Notes: generated by a model not told the origin, from the letters alone. A DNA stretch of 64,000 nucleotides from a bacterium (GCA_021815785.1 JAKAZS010000001.1:5599-69598), one strand, 5' to 3'; positions 19,170 to 28,062 are shown, numbered from the stretch's first letter. Numbers and translations: made by a program.

Positions 19170-20210
19170 TTAACTAGATTGATTTTTTCCTAAACTTAAA
19201 AGTTCTGAGTTGATATACGTAATTGGTCTTTTAAAGGCTTTTTTAACCTTGGCAATTGGCGAACCAAGAATTTCAATATGGTCATTATCAATATTGCCAA
19301 TTACTTTACCAGCCATGGCTAAATAGGGAATTTTATCAAGCTCCAATTCCATTACTCGGGCACAAGTCGCATCGACACTAGCCAAATCATCGCCCATAAT
19401 AATCAGATTAGCTTCAACCGCATCCCCATTAAGTGGTCCATCGCCTTCCATTGCTAAAATACCATCAACTATGGCAAAATGAGGTTTAGCCAGTAAAATC
19501 AAATCAATAATACATCGAGGAATACCACGGTGATGTAATAAATTTTTCGGCCAACCATATTTTTTGCCAGGGACAATGCCAAAAAAATTTTTCATTGAAG
19601 CTGTTAATAAAGCCCAATGATGGCATTTCATTTTAGGTAGACTAATAATAACGTCAGCATTTAGAATTGTTTTGGGTAAATAAAAAGGATTTATGCCACT
19701 AAAACCATCTGGGTTAGCTACTGGTTCAATATCATCTATATTAAGGTCAACAAATTTTACTTGTTTAGCCTTGCAGACATCACCAATACCAGTTTTAGCC
19801 AAAACAAATTCAGTATCGCGAAAATTACCAGATCCCTCAGCTACGATAATATCTTTAGCCTGGAGATACTCACAAAGTCTAATAACACTAGCTAAAAAAA
19901 TAGCATTGGTTGAAATAACTTTGCCTGGCCAATAATCAACCATATTAGGTTTAAGGATAACGGTTTTATTTTCAAGATTTAAATTGGGAAAATATTGAAT
20001 ATATTTTTTTAAATTTTCCAATATTTCATCTTCATCATATTTATGCGATTCAATTACCGCAACTTTGGATATGTGTTTATTACGATTTTCTAACTGACTA
20101 GCTGTTGGTGGTTTAAACGTCCCAAAATCTAATTTCTTGGCACGCTGGCAAGCACTTAACAAAAACGATGTCAGTAACAACTGTAAAAAAACTCGTCGCG
20201 ATTTATCCAT
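19170..20210 (-). CDS. DUF362-domain protein with Tat-type signal and lipobox
   Basis: 346 aa. MDKSRRVFLQLLLTSFLLSAC carries a twin-arginine motif plus an LSAC lipobox. DUF362-like blocks: VILKPNMV, SLPKMKCHHWALLTASMKNFFG, IVDGILAMEGDGPLNG. Confidence 0.65.
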   Translation of the reverse strand: MDKSRRVFLQLLLTSFLLSACQRAKKLDFGTFKPPTASQLENRNKHISKVAVIESHKYDEDEILENLKKYIQYFPNLNLENKTVILKPNMVDYWPGKVISTNAIFLASVIRLCEYLQAKDIIVAEGSGNFRDTEFVLAKTGIGDVCKAKQVKFVDLNIDDIEPVANPDGFSGINPFYLPKTILNADVIISLPKMKCHHWALLTASMKNFFGIVPGKKYGWPKNLLHHRGIPRCIIDLILLAKPHFAIVDGILAMEGDGPLNGDAVEANLIIMGDDLASVDATCARVMELELDKIPYLAMAGKVIGNIDNDHIEILGSPIAKVKKAFKRPITYINSELLSLGKNQSS

Positions 20211-20223
20211 TCACCAACCACAA

Positions 20224-21222
20224 TTAAGACATCTTAAAAGCATTATAGCCTAAACCAGTTAACAAACTTAAACCAGCTAAAGCCGATACATAATTATTTA
20301 AACCAAAACTACCATCTTTGTTTTGTTTTTCAAGCAAACTATTAAGCCAAATATCATTTTTAACCTGATAAATATCGTTTACGATTTGAGTTAAGGCCAG
20401 TTCCGTAACTGTAGAGCCACTATTAACATTTGAAAGTAAGTATTTAAGCGCTAAATTTATTACCGGATGCGTTTTTACATCCTGTAATGTAATTAAAGTC
20501 TCAGCTGTTGTAGCGGTAATAGCGGGGATCTCATGACCCAAGATAATATCATTGCCATAATTCCATCCTCCATGAAGACAACTATGTTCTAATAAATAGC
20601 GATTTGCTTGCTTAATAATTTTCTGGAAATATTCGCTAGTATTTTTTTGTGGCAATTTAAAAGCTAATAAATTATAACAAGTTGGTTCAATCCACTGATA
20701 ACAGTTTACATCCCAAGGCCAGCCTCGACCATACCTTAAAGCTGGTTCACCATCAATTACATATAATAATAATCGATAAAAAACAGTTGGATTAAATAAT
20801 TCATTACGAATTGCTGCAAGAAAATAAATCGCTTTATTGATAGATTCATCAATTTGCTTATCCTTACTCTTATTAAAATAGGTAAAATATCTTAAAAATA
20901 ATAAAGCTCGACCAGTATTCCAATCAGATTGGCCAATCTTATTAGCTGTAGTCCAACCACCGTCAAGATTTTGATTTTTTAAAATCTCTGACTTAATAAC
21001 CTCAATTAATTCATCAATATTTAAAGAATCAAATAAAGTATTAAAATTCAAATCAATTTTATATTGCTTAACAAAAAGCAATAATATTCCAATCAAACTG
21101 GCAACTTCAATAGAAAACTGCTTTCCATCTGAATATGACCAAACTTGATTTGCCTTATATTTCAGCGACAAGGCAATTATTAGTTTAGTTAATGAATCCT
21201 GGATTTTAGGTTGTAAGAACAT
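20224..21222 (-). CDS. Prenyltransferase / squalene-cyclase-repeat (alpha/alpha-toroid) protein
   Basis: 332 aa. Repeated QW-like motifs: LKNQNLDGGWTT, LEHSCLHGGWNYG, LEKQNKDGSFG. SD GGAGGG upstream of ATG 21222. Confidence 0.55.
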   Translation of the reverse strand: MFLQPKIQDSLTKLIIALSLKYKANQVWSYSDGKQFSIEVASLIGILLLFVKQYKIDLNFNTLFDSLNIDELIEVIKSEILKNQNLDGGWTTANKIGQSDWNTGRALLFLRYFTYFNKSKDKQIDESINKAIYFLAAIRNELFNPTVFYRLLLYVIDGEPALRYGRGWPWDVNCYQWIEPTCYNLLAFKLPQKNTSEYFQKIIKQANRYLLEHSCLHGGWNYGNDIILGHEIPAITATTAETLITLQDVKTHPVINLALKYLLSNVNSGSTVTELALTQIVNDIYQVKNDIWLNSLLEKQNKDGSFGLNNYVSALAGLSLLTGLGYNAFKMS

Positions 21223-21223
21223 G

Positions 21224-21360
21224 ATTACTTAAACCCTCCACATCATACTTACTCATTAGATTATTAAATTTTAAAATAAACTTTTTTTAAAGATTTAATC
21301 TAAAAGGCCTAGGCAAATTTAGATTGTCAAGTTAAAATTAATATTAGGAGGGTAAGTAAT
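21224..21360 (-). promoter_or_regulatory. Candidate SD-sequestering leader of the 20224-21222 gene (long-range anti-SD/SD pairing)
   Basis: On the minus strand, ATTACTTACCCTCC (rc of 21347-21360) is complementary to GGAGGGTTTAAGTAAT (rc of 21224-21239): 14 bp with a 2-nt bulge. That pairing covers the SD and ends 1 nt before the AUG. A TATAAT (rc of 21362-21367) sits just upstream. Confidence 0.3.
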
Positions 21361-21537
21361 TATTATAAATCTTAAATTTCCCTAAAAAGGAGGTTAACAA
21401 TATAATTTAATATTTATTGATAAAATCTGTTTATATTTTACTTTCTATAGTGTACAATTTTGACTTTAATAAAAATTTATTTACTACAATTCTAAACCAA
21501 AGCTGATTAAGCTTTGAAATTCAGGGAGGACAACATA

Positions 21538-21744
21538 ATGTCAAATCAAAAATTCATCGAAAATTTTATTAGCGAAGAATCAGGACAGGGTATTACAGAA
21601 TATGGTGCAATTTTAGCATTCGTTGCTGTACTAGTATCAATTGTATTCACTTTCGTAACTGGTGGTTTAAAGACTGCAATTTCGAACGCATTCTCATCTG
21701 TTGCCAGTCAGTTAAACAACTTAGACTCAACAGCATCATCGTAA
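21538..21744 (+). CDS. flp: Flp/Fap-family type IVb pilin (Tad pilus major subunit)
   Basis: 68 aa from ATG 21538; GGGAGGA lies 7-8 nt upstream. Flp motif G-XXXX-EY: EESG/QGITEYGAILAFVAVLV followed by a hydrophobic helix. The track's TTG 21514 extension is unnecessary. Confidence 0.9.
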   Translation: MSNQKFIENFISEESGQGITEYGAILAFVAVLVSIVFTFVTGGLKTAISNAFSSVASQLNNLDSTASS

Positions 21745-21780
21745 TAAAACTAACAAATAACAAAATATTAAATAAATATT

Positions 21781-21812
21781 ATATTAGGGATGGATTTATT
21801 CATCCCTAATAT
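21781..21812 (+). terminator. Hairpin terminator after flp
   Basis: Perfect 12-bp stem ATATTAGGGATG / CATCCCTAATAT with loop GATTTATT, 37 nt after the flp stop, followed by AT-rich sequence. Confidence 0.6.
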
Positions 21813-21978
21813 GTTTAATAGATAAATTAACAGGGTATATATCTAACAAATAACCAAGAAATTGGTTGGTAAGAAAAATAATTATAAAATGTTAAGAATT
21901 CTAATCATAAAAAATACAAAATTCAGAAGTCAAAAGCAAAATTAATAAAAAATGTGTAAAAATACTGTTATCACGTCT

Positions 21979-21996
21979 AAATTAGAATTCTAATTT
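21979..21996. promoter_or_regulatory. 18-bp perfect palindrome AAATTAGAATTCTAATTT upstream of cpaB (candidate operator)
   Basis: Read directly from the sequence. Lies 28-45 bp upstream of cpaB ATG 22024 and just 5' of the SD GGGGG. A related half-conserved copy TTAAGAATTCTAAT occurs at 21892-21905. Confidence 0.3.
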
Positions 21997-22023
21997 GTAA
22001 GGTTTTTAAGGGGGTAAGTTTAA

Positions 22024-23019
22024 ATGAATCCATTACGTATGTTGTGGTTAAATATAACCAGATTAAATCCGGTTGTATTAGTTGCCATAGTCTTAGTTAT
22101 GGCGGTTATAGCAATGGTAGTTACCAATAAACAGTTTAGTGAACAAGAAGATGAAAAGAATCGAGTCAAGCAAGAATATGAAAGTAAAATGAATGCAAAA
22201 GGCTCAGTAGTACTAGCAAAAAAAGATATTCCTGAAGGTGAAATCATTACCAGTGAGATGTTGGAATTAAAAGAAACAGAACAAAGTAAAATTCCAATAG
22301 ATAGTATCCAGAATTTACAAATGGCTCAAGGGCAAACTGCCAAAGTAAATATTGCTGCAGGTCAAATGCTTCGGTCTTCAGATTTTGCTGTTGCTGCTAA
22401 GGTGATGACTTTTGATCAAAAAATTAAAGAAGGATACCGGGCTGTAACTTTTGGTGTTGATACCAATTCTGGCGTAGCTGGATTTATTACGCCTGAAAGC
22501 CATGTTGACATTGTAGCTTCAGCCGGATCAGCCGCCGATACTAAAGCATCGCCAATACTTTCTGACATTGAAGTTATTGCTGTAGGTCAAACCTTCCAGA
22601 AAGCTGGAGCTGGTAGTGGGCAAGCTGCTGCTCCAGCCAGCTGTGTAACGGTTGCGGTCACACCCGAAGATGCCGACAAGCTAATTAAAGCAATAATGGC
22701 TGCAAAGCTATACTTAACCTTAAGAAGTGAAAAAGATAATACACCATTAGCTACTGTTGATGTAACTTCATTATTCCAAAAAGCTGGCGACAATGGTAGT
22801 AGCGGTGGCAGTAATCCTAACATGCCTAGCGATACTACCGCAAATTTACCTGCGCCTAATTCATTACCAGCACCACCACCAATTCCTGGAGCTGGTGACA
22901 GTGGAGTTAGCCCTGATACTGGCAATGGTGGTGGTGGCGATGTTGCTCCTCCTCCGCTGCATGAAATTGAAATCTGGTCAGGAAGCAGTAAAAATGTTTT
23001 ACAAGTACCACAAGGTTAA
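22024..23019 (+). CDS. cpaB: Flp pilus assembly protein CpaB/RcpC with C-terminal Pro/Gly-rich insertion
   Basis: 331 aa. N-terminal TM helix. SAF-like VVLAKKDIPEGEIITSEMLELKE. RcpC-like block YRAVTFGVDTNSGVAGFITPESHVDIVAS. C-terminal low-complexity NLPAPNSLPAPPPIPGAGDSG...GGGGDVAPPP. Confidence 0.85.
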   Translation: MNPLRMLWLNITRLNPVVLVAIVLVMAVIAMVVTNKQFSEQEDEKNRVKQEYESKMNAKGSVVLAKKDIPEGEIITSEMLELKETEQSKIPIDSIQNLQMAQGQTAKVNIAAGQMLRSSDFAVAAKVMTFDQKIKEGYRAVTFGVDTNSGVAGFITPESHVDIVASAGSAADTKASPILSDIEVIAVGQTFQKAGAGSGQAAAPASCVTVAVTPEDADKLIKAIMAAKLYLTLRSEKDNTPLATVDVTSLFQKAGDNGSSGGSNPNMPSDTTANLPAPNSLPAPPPIPGAGDSGVSPDTGNGGGGDVAPPPLHEIEIWSGSSKNVLQVPQG

Positions 23020-23065
23020 TATATAATAAAGATTATCAAATTTATGTAAGGAGAGACTTAGAAAT

Positions 23066-24250
23066 ATGAAACTGACAACGCTGCTAGTTTGTGATGCTGG
23101 ATTAGATAAACGACAAACTATTGAAGACCTTATCCATTCACAACCCTGGCTAGCGTTGGTCAGTACCGTATCGGGCAGTATGGCTCGCGAACAAATCGGT
23201 AGTTTACATCCTAAACTTGTCTGGATTGAATTAAGTCCAGCTCCGGTTAGAGGATTATCTTTACTAGCTGAACTTAGGGAAACATTTCCCCAATTGTATT
23301 TTTTTGTTAGTTATGATGTACCGGATCCAGAACTTATCAGAACTGCGTATCGGCTAGGAGCATCGGACTTCTTAGATGCTGAACGCTGGCGTACTGATTT
23401 ACCGGCAGCGGTACAAAGCATTCAGCTGAAACAACAGTCTGAGTCAGTTAATGTAGCAGGCGGTAAGGTTATAGCCGTATTCAGTCCAACCGGTGGAATT
23501 GGGGCAACCTCAATATGTACTAATTTAGCTGGACATTTATCCAAATACGGGGAATCTTGTATAGTAGATTTAGACCTTCAATTCGGTATGGTATCTCATT
23601 ACTTAAATCTTGATCCATCATTTTCCTTAAGTACCATTGATTTTTCTCATACTAATTTTGATGCAACATATTTAAGAAATCTTATGACTAAATATGATGA
23701 CAAGTTAAGCATACTTGCAGCCCCGCCAGAATTAGAAGATATTGGTGACATATACGCAGCGCAAGTTCAAGAAATATTATTTACAGCCAAACAAGAATTT
23801 AGATATGTCTTGGTAGATTTACCGAAAAACCTTCTTGACGAAAGAGCTATAGCTACTTTAGATCTAGCAGATAATGTATTAGTGATTACCGAATATAATT
23901 GGGCGGCTATTTTAAATGCACGCAAATGCATTGATACATTTAAAGCCCATTATGCGCAGGATAAACTATTGTTAGTAATTAACCGATCTGAATGGTTGCC
24001 ACCAGATGTTTTAAGTGAATGTAAAGCCAATTTAAATTATCCTGTTTATCACGAAATACCTAGTGATGCCAAAACCGCTAAATGGGTTATTAATCAAGGT
24101 CAAATAGCCCCTGGCCATACAACACTGGGTAAATCACTGGACTCTTTAGCTAAACGTATAGCTGGTGGTGAACAATTGCTTTTGACTTCAAAAGAAACCG
24201 AAAAAGCCTCATTCTTTAAAATACCAGCAATTTTTGGTAAGAAAAAATAA
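23066..24250 (+). CDS. tadZ: TadZ/CpaE pilus-localisation protein (atypical receiver + MinD/ParA-like ATPase fold)
   Basis: 394 aa. Receiver-like N-terminus with Glu at the phospho-acceptor position (LVWIELS). ParA/MinD-like domain VIAVFSPTGGIGATSICTNLA. Position between cpaB and cpaF. Confidence 0.8.
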   Translation: MKLTTLLVCDAGLDKRQTIEDLIHSQPWLALVSTVSGSMAREQIGSLHPKLVWIELSPAPVRGLSLLAELRETFPQLYFFVSYDVPDPELIRTAYRLGASDFLDAERWRTDLPAAVQSIQLKQQSESVNVAGGKVIAVFSPTGGIGATSICTNLAGHLSKYGESCIVDLDLQFGMVSHYLNLDPSFSLSTIDFSHTNFDATYLRNLMTKYDDKLSILAAPPELEDIGDIYAAQVQEILFTAKQEFRYVLVDLPKNLLDERAIATLDLADNVLVITEYNWAAILNARKCIDTFKAHYAQDKLLLVINRSEWLPPDVLSECKANLNYPVYHEIPSDAKTAKWVINQGQIAPGHTTLGKSLDSLAKRIAGGEQLLLTSKETEKASFFKIPAIFGKKK

Positions 24251-24384
24251 TTGTTAATTTTTTTTTATTTTTAATTCCCTAACATATTTTTTCGGCTTAT
24301 TGGGAACAATTAAATTAAGTAGAATGTTTAATTAAAAAATAATTCAAACAATTCTTTTGCGTTTTTAAACAGGATGGTGAGAAT

Positions 24385-26142
24385 ATGGGTGATCAAAGAA
24401 AAGACCAAAATTTGCCGGCTCGTCCAGCGTCATCTTTAATGGGTCAACTAGTACGTCAACGTCAAGGCGGCGAAGTTGCATCGCCTAATCAGGGTACTGG
24501 TGGCTTAGTTGGCAAAGATCAAAACACTGGGTTATCCGGAGGTCAAACAGGTACCCAATTCGGTAGTAAAGATGGCTCAACTGGGCTGGGTGGTAGTCAA
24601 CAGTCAACTGGACTGGGTGGTAATCAACAGTCAACGGGTCTGGGTGGTAATCAACAGTCAACGGGTCTGGGTAATAAAGGTTACCAAACCCAGGCATCCA
24701 AAACTGTTGGCGGATCGGGACTAGAAACTGGTCGAAATTCAAGTGCTGGGGTAACGGAAACATCGGGTCCAAGTAAATCAGATATTGAGAGAATTGACGC
24801 TAAAGATGATAGTGGCCATTTTGGTGGCCATGGTGAAAGTTCATCGGGATCATCTACACAAGACTCTAGTACCAAATTTTCGGCGAATCAACAACTTATT
24901 CGTGAACGGGAAAAATTAATTATTGAACAATTACGTAGAGAATTAGACACTTCAAGATTAACTAATATTTCTGAAGATACCCAGCAACAGGTCAGACAGA
25001 GAATTAGAGAAATTGTAAATTCTGATCCAGCCCCATTAACCATGATGGAAAAAGGTATATTATTACAAAATGTTTTAGATGAAGTATTTGGGTTTGGACC
25101 GCTAGGCCCACTTCTTCGCGATCCAAGCATTGGTGATATTTGCGTTAACGGTTGTCACAGTATTTATGTTGAACGCAATGGACGTCTCGAAAAAACCAAT
25201 GTAGTTTTTGAAGATAACCGCCACTTAAGAATGACAATTGACAAAATTATTCAACCACTGGGTCGTCGTCTTGATGATAATTCGCCAATGGTTGATGCCC
25301 GTTTACCAAACGGTTCACGGGTTAATGCCACCATTCCACCAGTAACCATTGATGGGCCAACAGTTACCATCCGGATGTTTGGTACATCTATTATGTCATT
25401 AGGTCAATTAGTTGAAAAGGGCGCTTTATCAGTTCAAATGGCTGAAGTTTTAAAAGCTTTGGTTAAAGGACGGATTAATATGATTATCTCAGGAGGTACC
25501 GGTTCTGGTAAAACAACACTTTTGAATGCTTTATCAGCGCATATTAATCCTCGTGAACGAATTATTACGATTGAAGATGCTGCTGAATTAAGGCTACAAC
25601 ATGAGCACTGGGTAAGAATGGAAACCAGACCACCTAACACTGAAGGCAAAGGTCAAATTAATCAACGGATGCTTGTAGTAAACTGTTTACGGATGCGGCC
25701 TGATCGAATAATTCTTGGGGAATGTCGGGGTGAAGAAGCGTTTGATATGTTACAGGCCATGAATACGGGTCACGGTGGTTCAATGACCACGATCCATGCT
25801 AATACTCCACGGGACTGTACTAAACGTCTAGAAAACATGATTCTAATGTCTGGAGCTGAAATGCCGCCAAAAGCAGCTCGTGAACTTATAGCTTCAGCAC
25901 TACAGGTCATTATTCAGATTCGTCGTTTAGAAGATGGGACCAGGCGTCTAACCGAAATTGCTGAAATAACCGGTATGGAAGGTGACACTATTGCTATAAG
26001 CTCGATGTTCTTACTTGAACGAGAAGGGCGTGATCCAAGAGGCTTCTTTAAATGTAGGCATGTTGGCTCAGGATTGCCACCAAAATTTTTAGATCAACTC
26101 GAACAAGAATCAGTTCCGTTTAAATTAGAATGGTTAAGATAA
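24385..26142 (+). CDS. cpaF: CpaF/TadA secretion ATPase with about 170-aa low-complexity N-terminal extension
   Basis: 585 aa. Walker [15 protein letters not shown]. Walker B/Asp box [11 protein letters not shown]. His box [13 protein letters not shown]-terminal G/Q/S/T-rich region precedes the conserved core. Confidence 0.93.
   Translation: MGDQRKDQNLPARPASSLMGQLVRQRQGGEVASPNQGTGGLVGKDQNTGLSGGQTGTQFGSKDGSTGLGGSQQSTGLGGNQQSTGLGGNQQSTGLGNKGYQTQASKTVGGSGLETGRNSSAGVTETSGPSKSDIERIDAKDDSGHFGGHGESSSGSSTQDSSTKFSANQQLIREREKLIIEQLRRELDTSRLTNISEDTQQQVRQRIREIVNSDPAPLTMMEKGILLQNVLDEVFGFGPLGPLLRDPSIGDICVNGCHSIYVERNGRLEKTNVVFEDNRHLRMTIDKIIQPLGRRLDDNSPMVDARLPNGSRVNATIPPVTIDGPTVTIRMFGTSIMSLGQLVEKGALSVQMAEVLKALVKGRINMIISGGTGSGKTTLLNALSAHINPRERIITIEDAAELRLQHEHWVRMETRPPNTEGKGQINQRMLVVNCLRMRPDRIILGECRGEEAFDMLQAMNTGHGGSMTTIHANTPRDCTKRLENMILMSGAEMPPKAARELIASALQVIIQIRRLEDGTRRLTEIAEITGMEGDTIAISSMFLLEREGRDPRGFFKCRHVGSGLPPKFLDQLEQESVPFKLEWLR
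24577..24675 (+). repeat. 27-bp in-frame tandem repeat (about 3.7 copies) inside cpaF, encoding STGLGG[SN]QQ
   Basis: Units at 24577-24603, 24604-24630 and 24631-24657, plus a partial unit at 24658-24675. Copies 3 and 4 are identical over the shared part. Confidence 0.9.
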
Positions 26143-26180
26143 TAAAGTTGTAGGTTGTAATCAGGAAATACAAAAATAAT

Positions 26181-27116
26181 ATGGCAACATCAATTCCAAT
26201 AATTGTCTTTTTTATAATTCTTTTGGGTGGAGTTTTATTAATAGCAGCAAGTCAATCAGGGTTTTCTGGTGAACTTACGCGTTTAAGCAAACAACAAAAT
26301 AAATTTAAATCAAAAACCAAACCAACCGAAGAAATAAATTTATTCGTAACCCAAAGAACTAATTTTTTGGCTACTTTACTTGATACAGCTGGTTTAGAAA
26401 ATCAGTATGACAAAATGAAAATGTATTGGGGACTTTCTATTTTTGGTGGTGGGCTTATTTTTGCCGGCGGTTGTGCCTATATGTCGCCAATGCTAGCTCC
26501 TATTGCTTTCTTTTTTGGCTTACCCTTTGGTGGTTATGGCTTTATTTTTGCTTTAAAAAAAATTGCTAAAAATCGCCAGGCCAAAATGACGGCTCAATTG
26601 CCTCAAATTTTAGAAACAATGGTGAGTTCGCTTAGAGCAGGTTCACCAATTATCGAAGTTTTTAAATTATTATCCGAAACAGCACCAGAACCTATACGTG
26701 GTGAATTTAAAAGAGGGCTAGTATCATTACAACTTGGCAAGCCTTTTCGTGAATCACTTAAGGAAATGAGTCTTAGAATTAAAGCAGCTGATTTTAGGTT
26801 ACTCATTACCGCAATTTTTATCTCACAAGATGTAGGTGGAAATTTAGCTGATGTAATAGCCGAAATAGCCGATGCTATTCGCGAACGATTTAAACTGCGT
26901 GATTATATGGACAGTTTAACCTCACAAGGTAAAGCTACAGCAATGTTTATTGGTAGTCTGCCCTATTTTATTACCCTTTTAACTTACACAATGGCACCTA
27001 ATTATATTATGCCGTTTTTAAATAACTTCTTTGCCCGCATTGCTTTAGCTGTATTTGTAATCTGGGAATTAATTGGTTTTTACATTTTAATGAAAATGAC
27101 AACTTTCGAGGTTTAA
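26181..27116 (+). CDS. tadB: TadB-like pilus platform protein (T2SSF domain)
   Basis: 311 aa. N-terminal TM, cytoplasmic T2SSF-like domain (LPQILETMVSSLRAGSPI), C-terminal TM helices. Follows cpaF. Confidence 0.85.
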   Translation: MATSIPIIVFFIILLGGVLLIAASQSGFSGELTRLSKQQNKFKSKTKPTEEINLFVTQRTNFLATLLDTAGLENQYDKMKMYWGLSIFGGGLIFAGGCAYMSPMLAPIAFFFGLPFGGYGFIFALKKIAKNRQAKMTAQLPQILETMVSSLRAGSPIIEVFKLLSETAPEPIRGEFKRGLVSLQLGKPFRESLKEMSLRIKAADFRLLITAIFISQDVGGNLADVIAEIADAIRERFKLRDYMDSLTSQGKATAMFIGSLPYFITLLTYTMAPNYIMPFLNNFFARIALAVFVIWELIGFYILMKMTTFEV

Positions 27117-27123
27117 GCATATA

Positions 27124-28062
27124 ATGAGTTCAAGTGGTTTAGTAAGTTTTCTTGTATTTTTATCCGTACTGCTTTTAGGCTTCGCCATTACCAAACCGGC
27201 AATGGATAATTATATGGATACCTATTCAGTTAGGATCAAAAAACGCAATGAAAAAGAAATTGAAAGCCAAGAAGCACCAAAAGACTCGGCCTTGCTCATA
27301 CTGTTTGAAGGCCTCGGTAAACAACTAATTACCATGGCTCCATTTTTAGTCGATAAACGTACAATTGAGCTGTTAAGTTTTGCTAATTATCGCACCAAAC
27401 AACATTTACATCGTTTTATGGGTATTAAAGGGGCTGTTGGAATATTTTGTATCCTTTGGGGTGTTTCAGCAGCTTTATCTAACCCAATGAATATATTACT
27501 GTCATTTTTTACAATTTTAGTTGGTTGGACTATTCCTAATTTTTTCTTAGCCGGTCGAGCCCGACAAAGACAAGCCCAAATCGTCAAAGAATTACCGACC
27601 GTTTTAGATTTATTGATAGTATGTTCTCAAGCAGGTTTAAGTTTACTAGCTGGCGTTGATAAATTAAGCAAAGAAACTACTGAATCATGCCCATTACTAT
27701 CTAATGAAATGCAACAACTAATTAGTGATGTTAAAATGTTTGCTAAATCGGTACCAATTGCTTTAAGAGAAATGGGCGAACGCTGTGGTGTTGAAGAATT
27801 GATTAATATGGCAGCTGGTTTAATTGCAGCCGAAAGTAAAGGTGCTGATATAAGCTATCCCTTACGCCAACAAGCTGAAGCCTTAAGGGATAGATTAAAA
27901 CGTAAACAAGAAGAAATAGCAGCCAAAGTACCAGTTAAAATGGTTCCTGTCATTATGTTATTTGTTATGCCTTTGATTTTATTACCAATGCTTGGTCCAG
28001 CTGCCTTAACTATTGTCACATCACTTGGTCCATCGATGGGTGGCGGCACTGGTGCTAAGTAA
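27124..28062 (+). CDS. tadC: TadC-like pilus platform protein (T2SSF domain)
   Basis: 312 aa with the same architecture (ELPTVLDLLIVCSQAGLSL). Starts 8 nt after tadB. Confidence 0.85.
   Translation: MSSSGLVSFLVFLSVLLLGFAITKPAMDNYMDTYSVRIKKRNEKEIESQEAPKDSALLILFEGLGKQLITMAPFLVDKRTIELLSFANYRTKQHLHRFMGIKGAVGIFCILWGVSAALSNPMNILLSFFTILVGWTIPNFFLAGRARQRQAQIVKELPTVLDLLIVCSQAGLSLLAGVDKLSKETTESCPLLSNEMQQLISDVKMFAKSVPIALREMGERCGVEELINMAAGLIAAESKGADISYPLRQQAEALRDRLKRKQEEIAAKVPVKMVPVIMLFVMPLILLPMLGPAALTIVTSLGPSMGGGTGAK

Noticed and set aside
18051-19935. Antisense ORFs 18051-18290 and 19693-19935
   Set aside because: They are embedded opposite the SRPBCC and DUF362 genes and have no independent support.
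21514-21537. TTG-initiated 8-codon N-terminal extension of flp in the track
   Set aside because: ATG 21538 has a GGGAGGA SD at proper spacing and gives a typical Flp leader length. The TTG start overlaps that SD.
22020-23026. ORFs 22020-22247 (-), 22587-22925 (-) and 22793-23026 (+) overlapping cpaB
   Set aside because: They are by-products of the GC-richer, Pro/Gly-coding low-complexity region of cpaB. The cpaB frame carries the recognisable family motifs.
24577-24675. Tandem 27-bp repeats as a possible CRISPR or minisatellite locus
   Set aside because: There are no spacers, because the units are contiguous. They are in frame within cpaF and encode a peptide repeat. No cas genes are present in the window.
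24485-25649. ORFs antisense to or out of frame with cpaF (24485-24772, 24509-24724, 24681-24875, 24888-25130, 25434-25649)
   Set aside because: They are generated by the tandem-repeat/low-complexity region and by the high-GC conserved core. cpaF is unambiguous.
26603-28049. Antisense ORFs within tadB/tadC (26603-26806, 27387-27587, 27855-28049)
   Set aside because: They are nested opposite well-supported T2SSF-domain genes.
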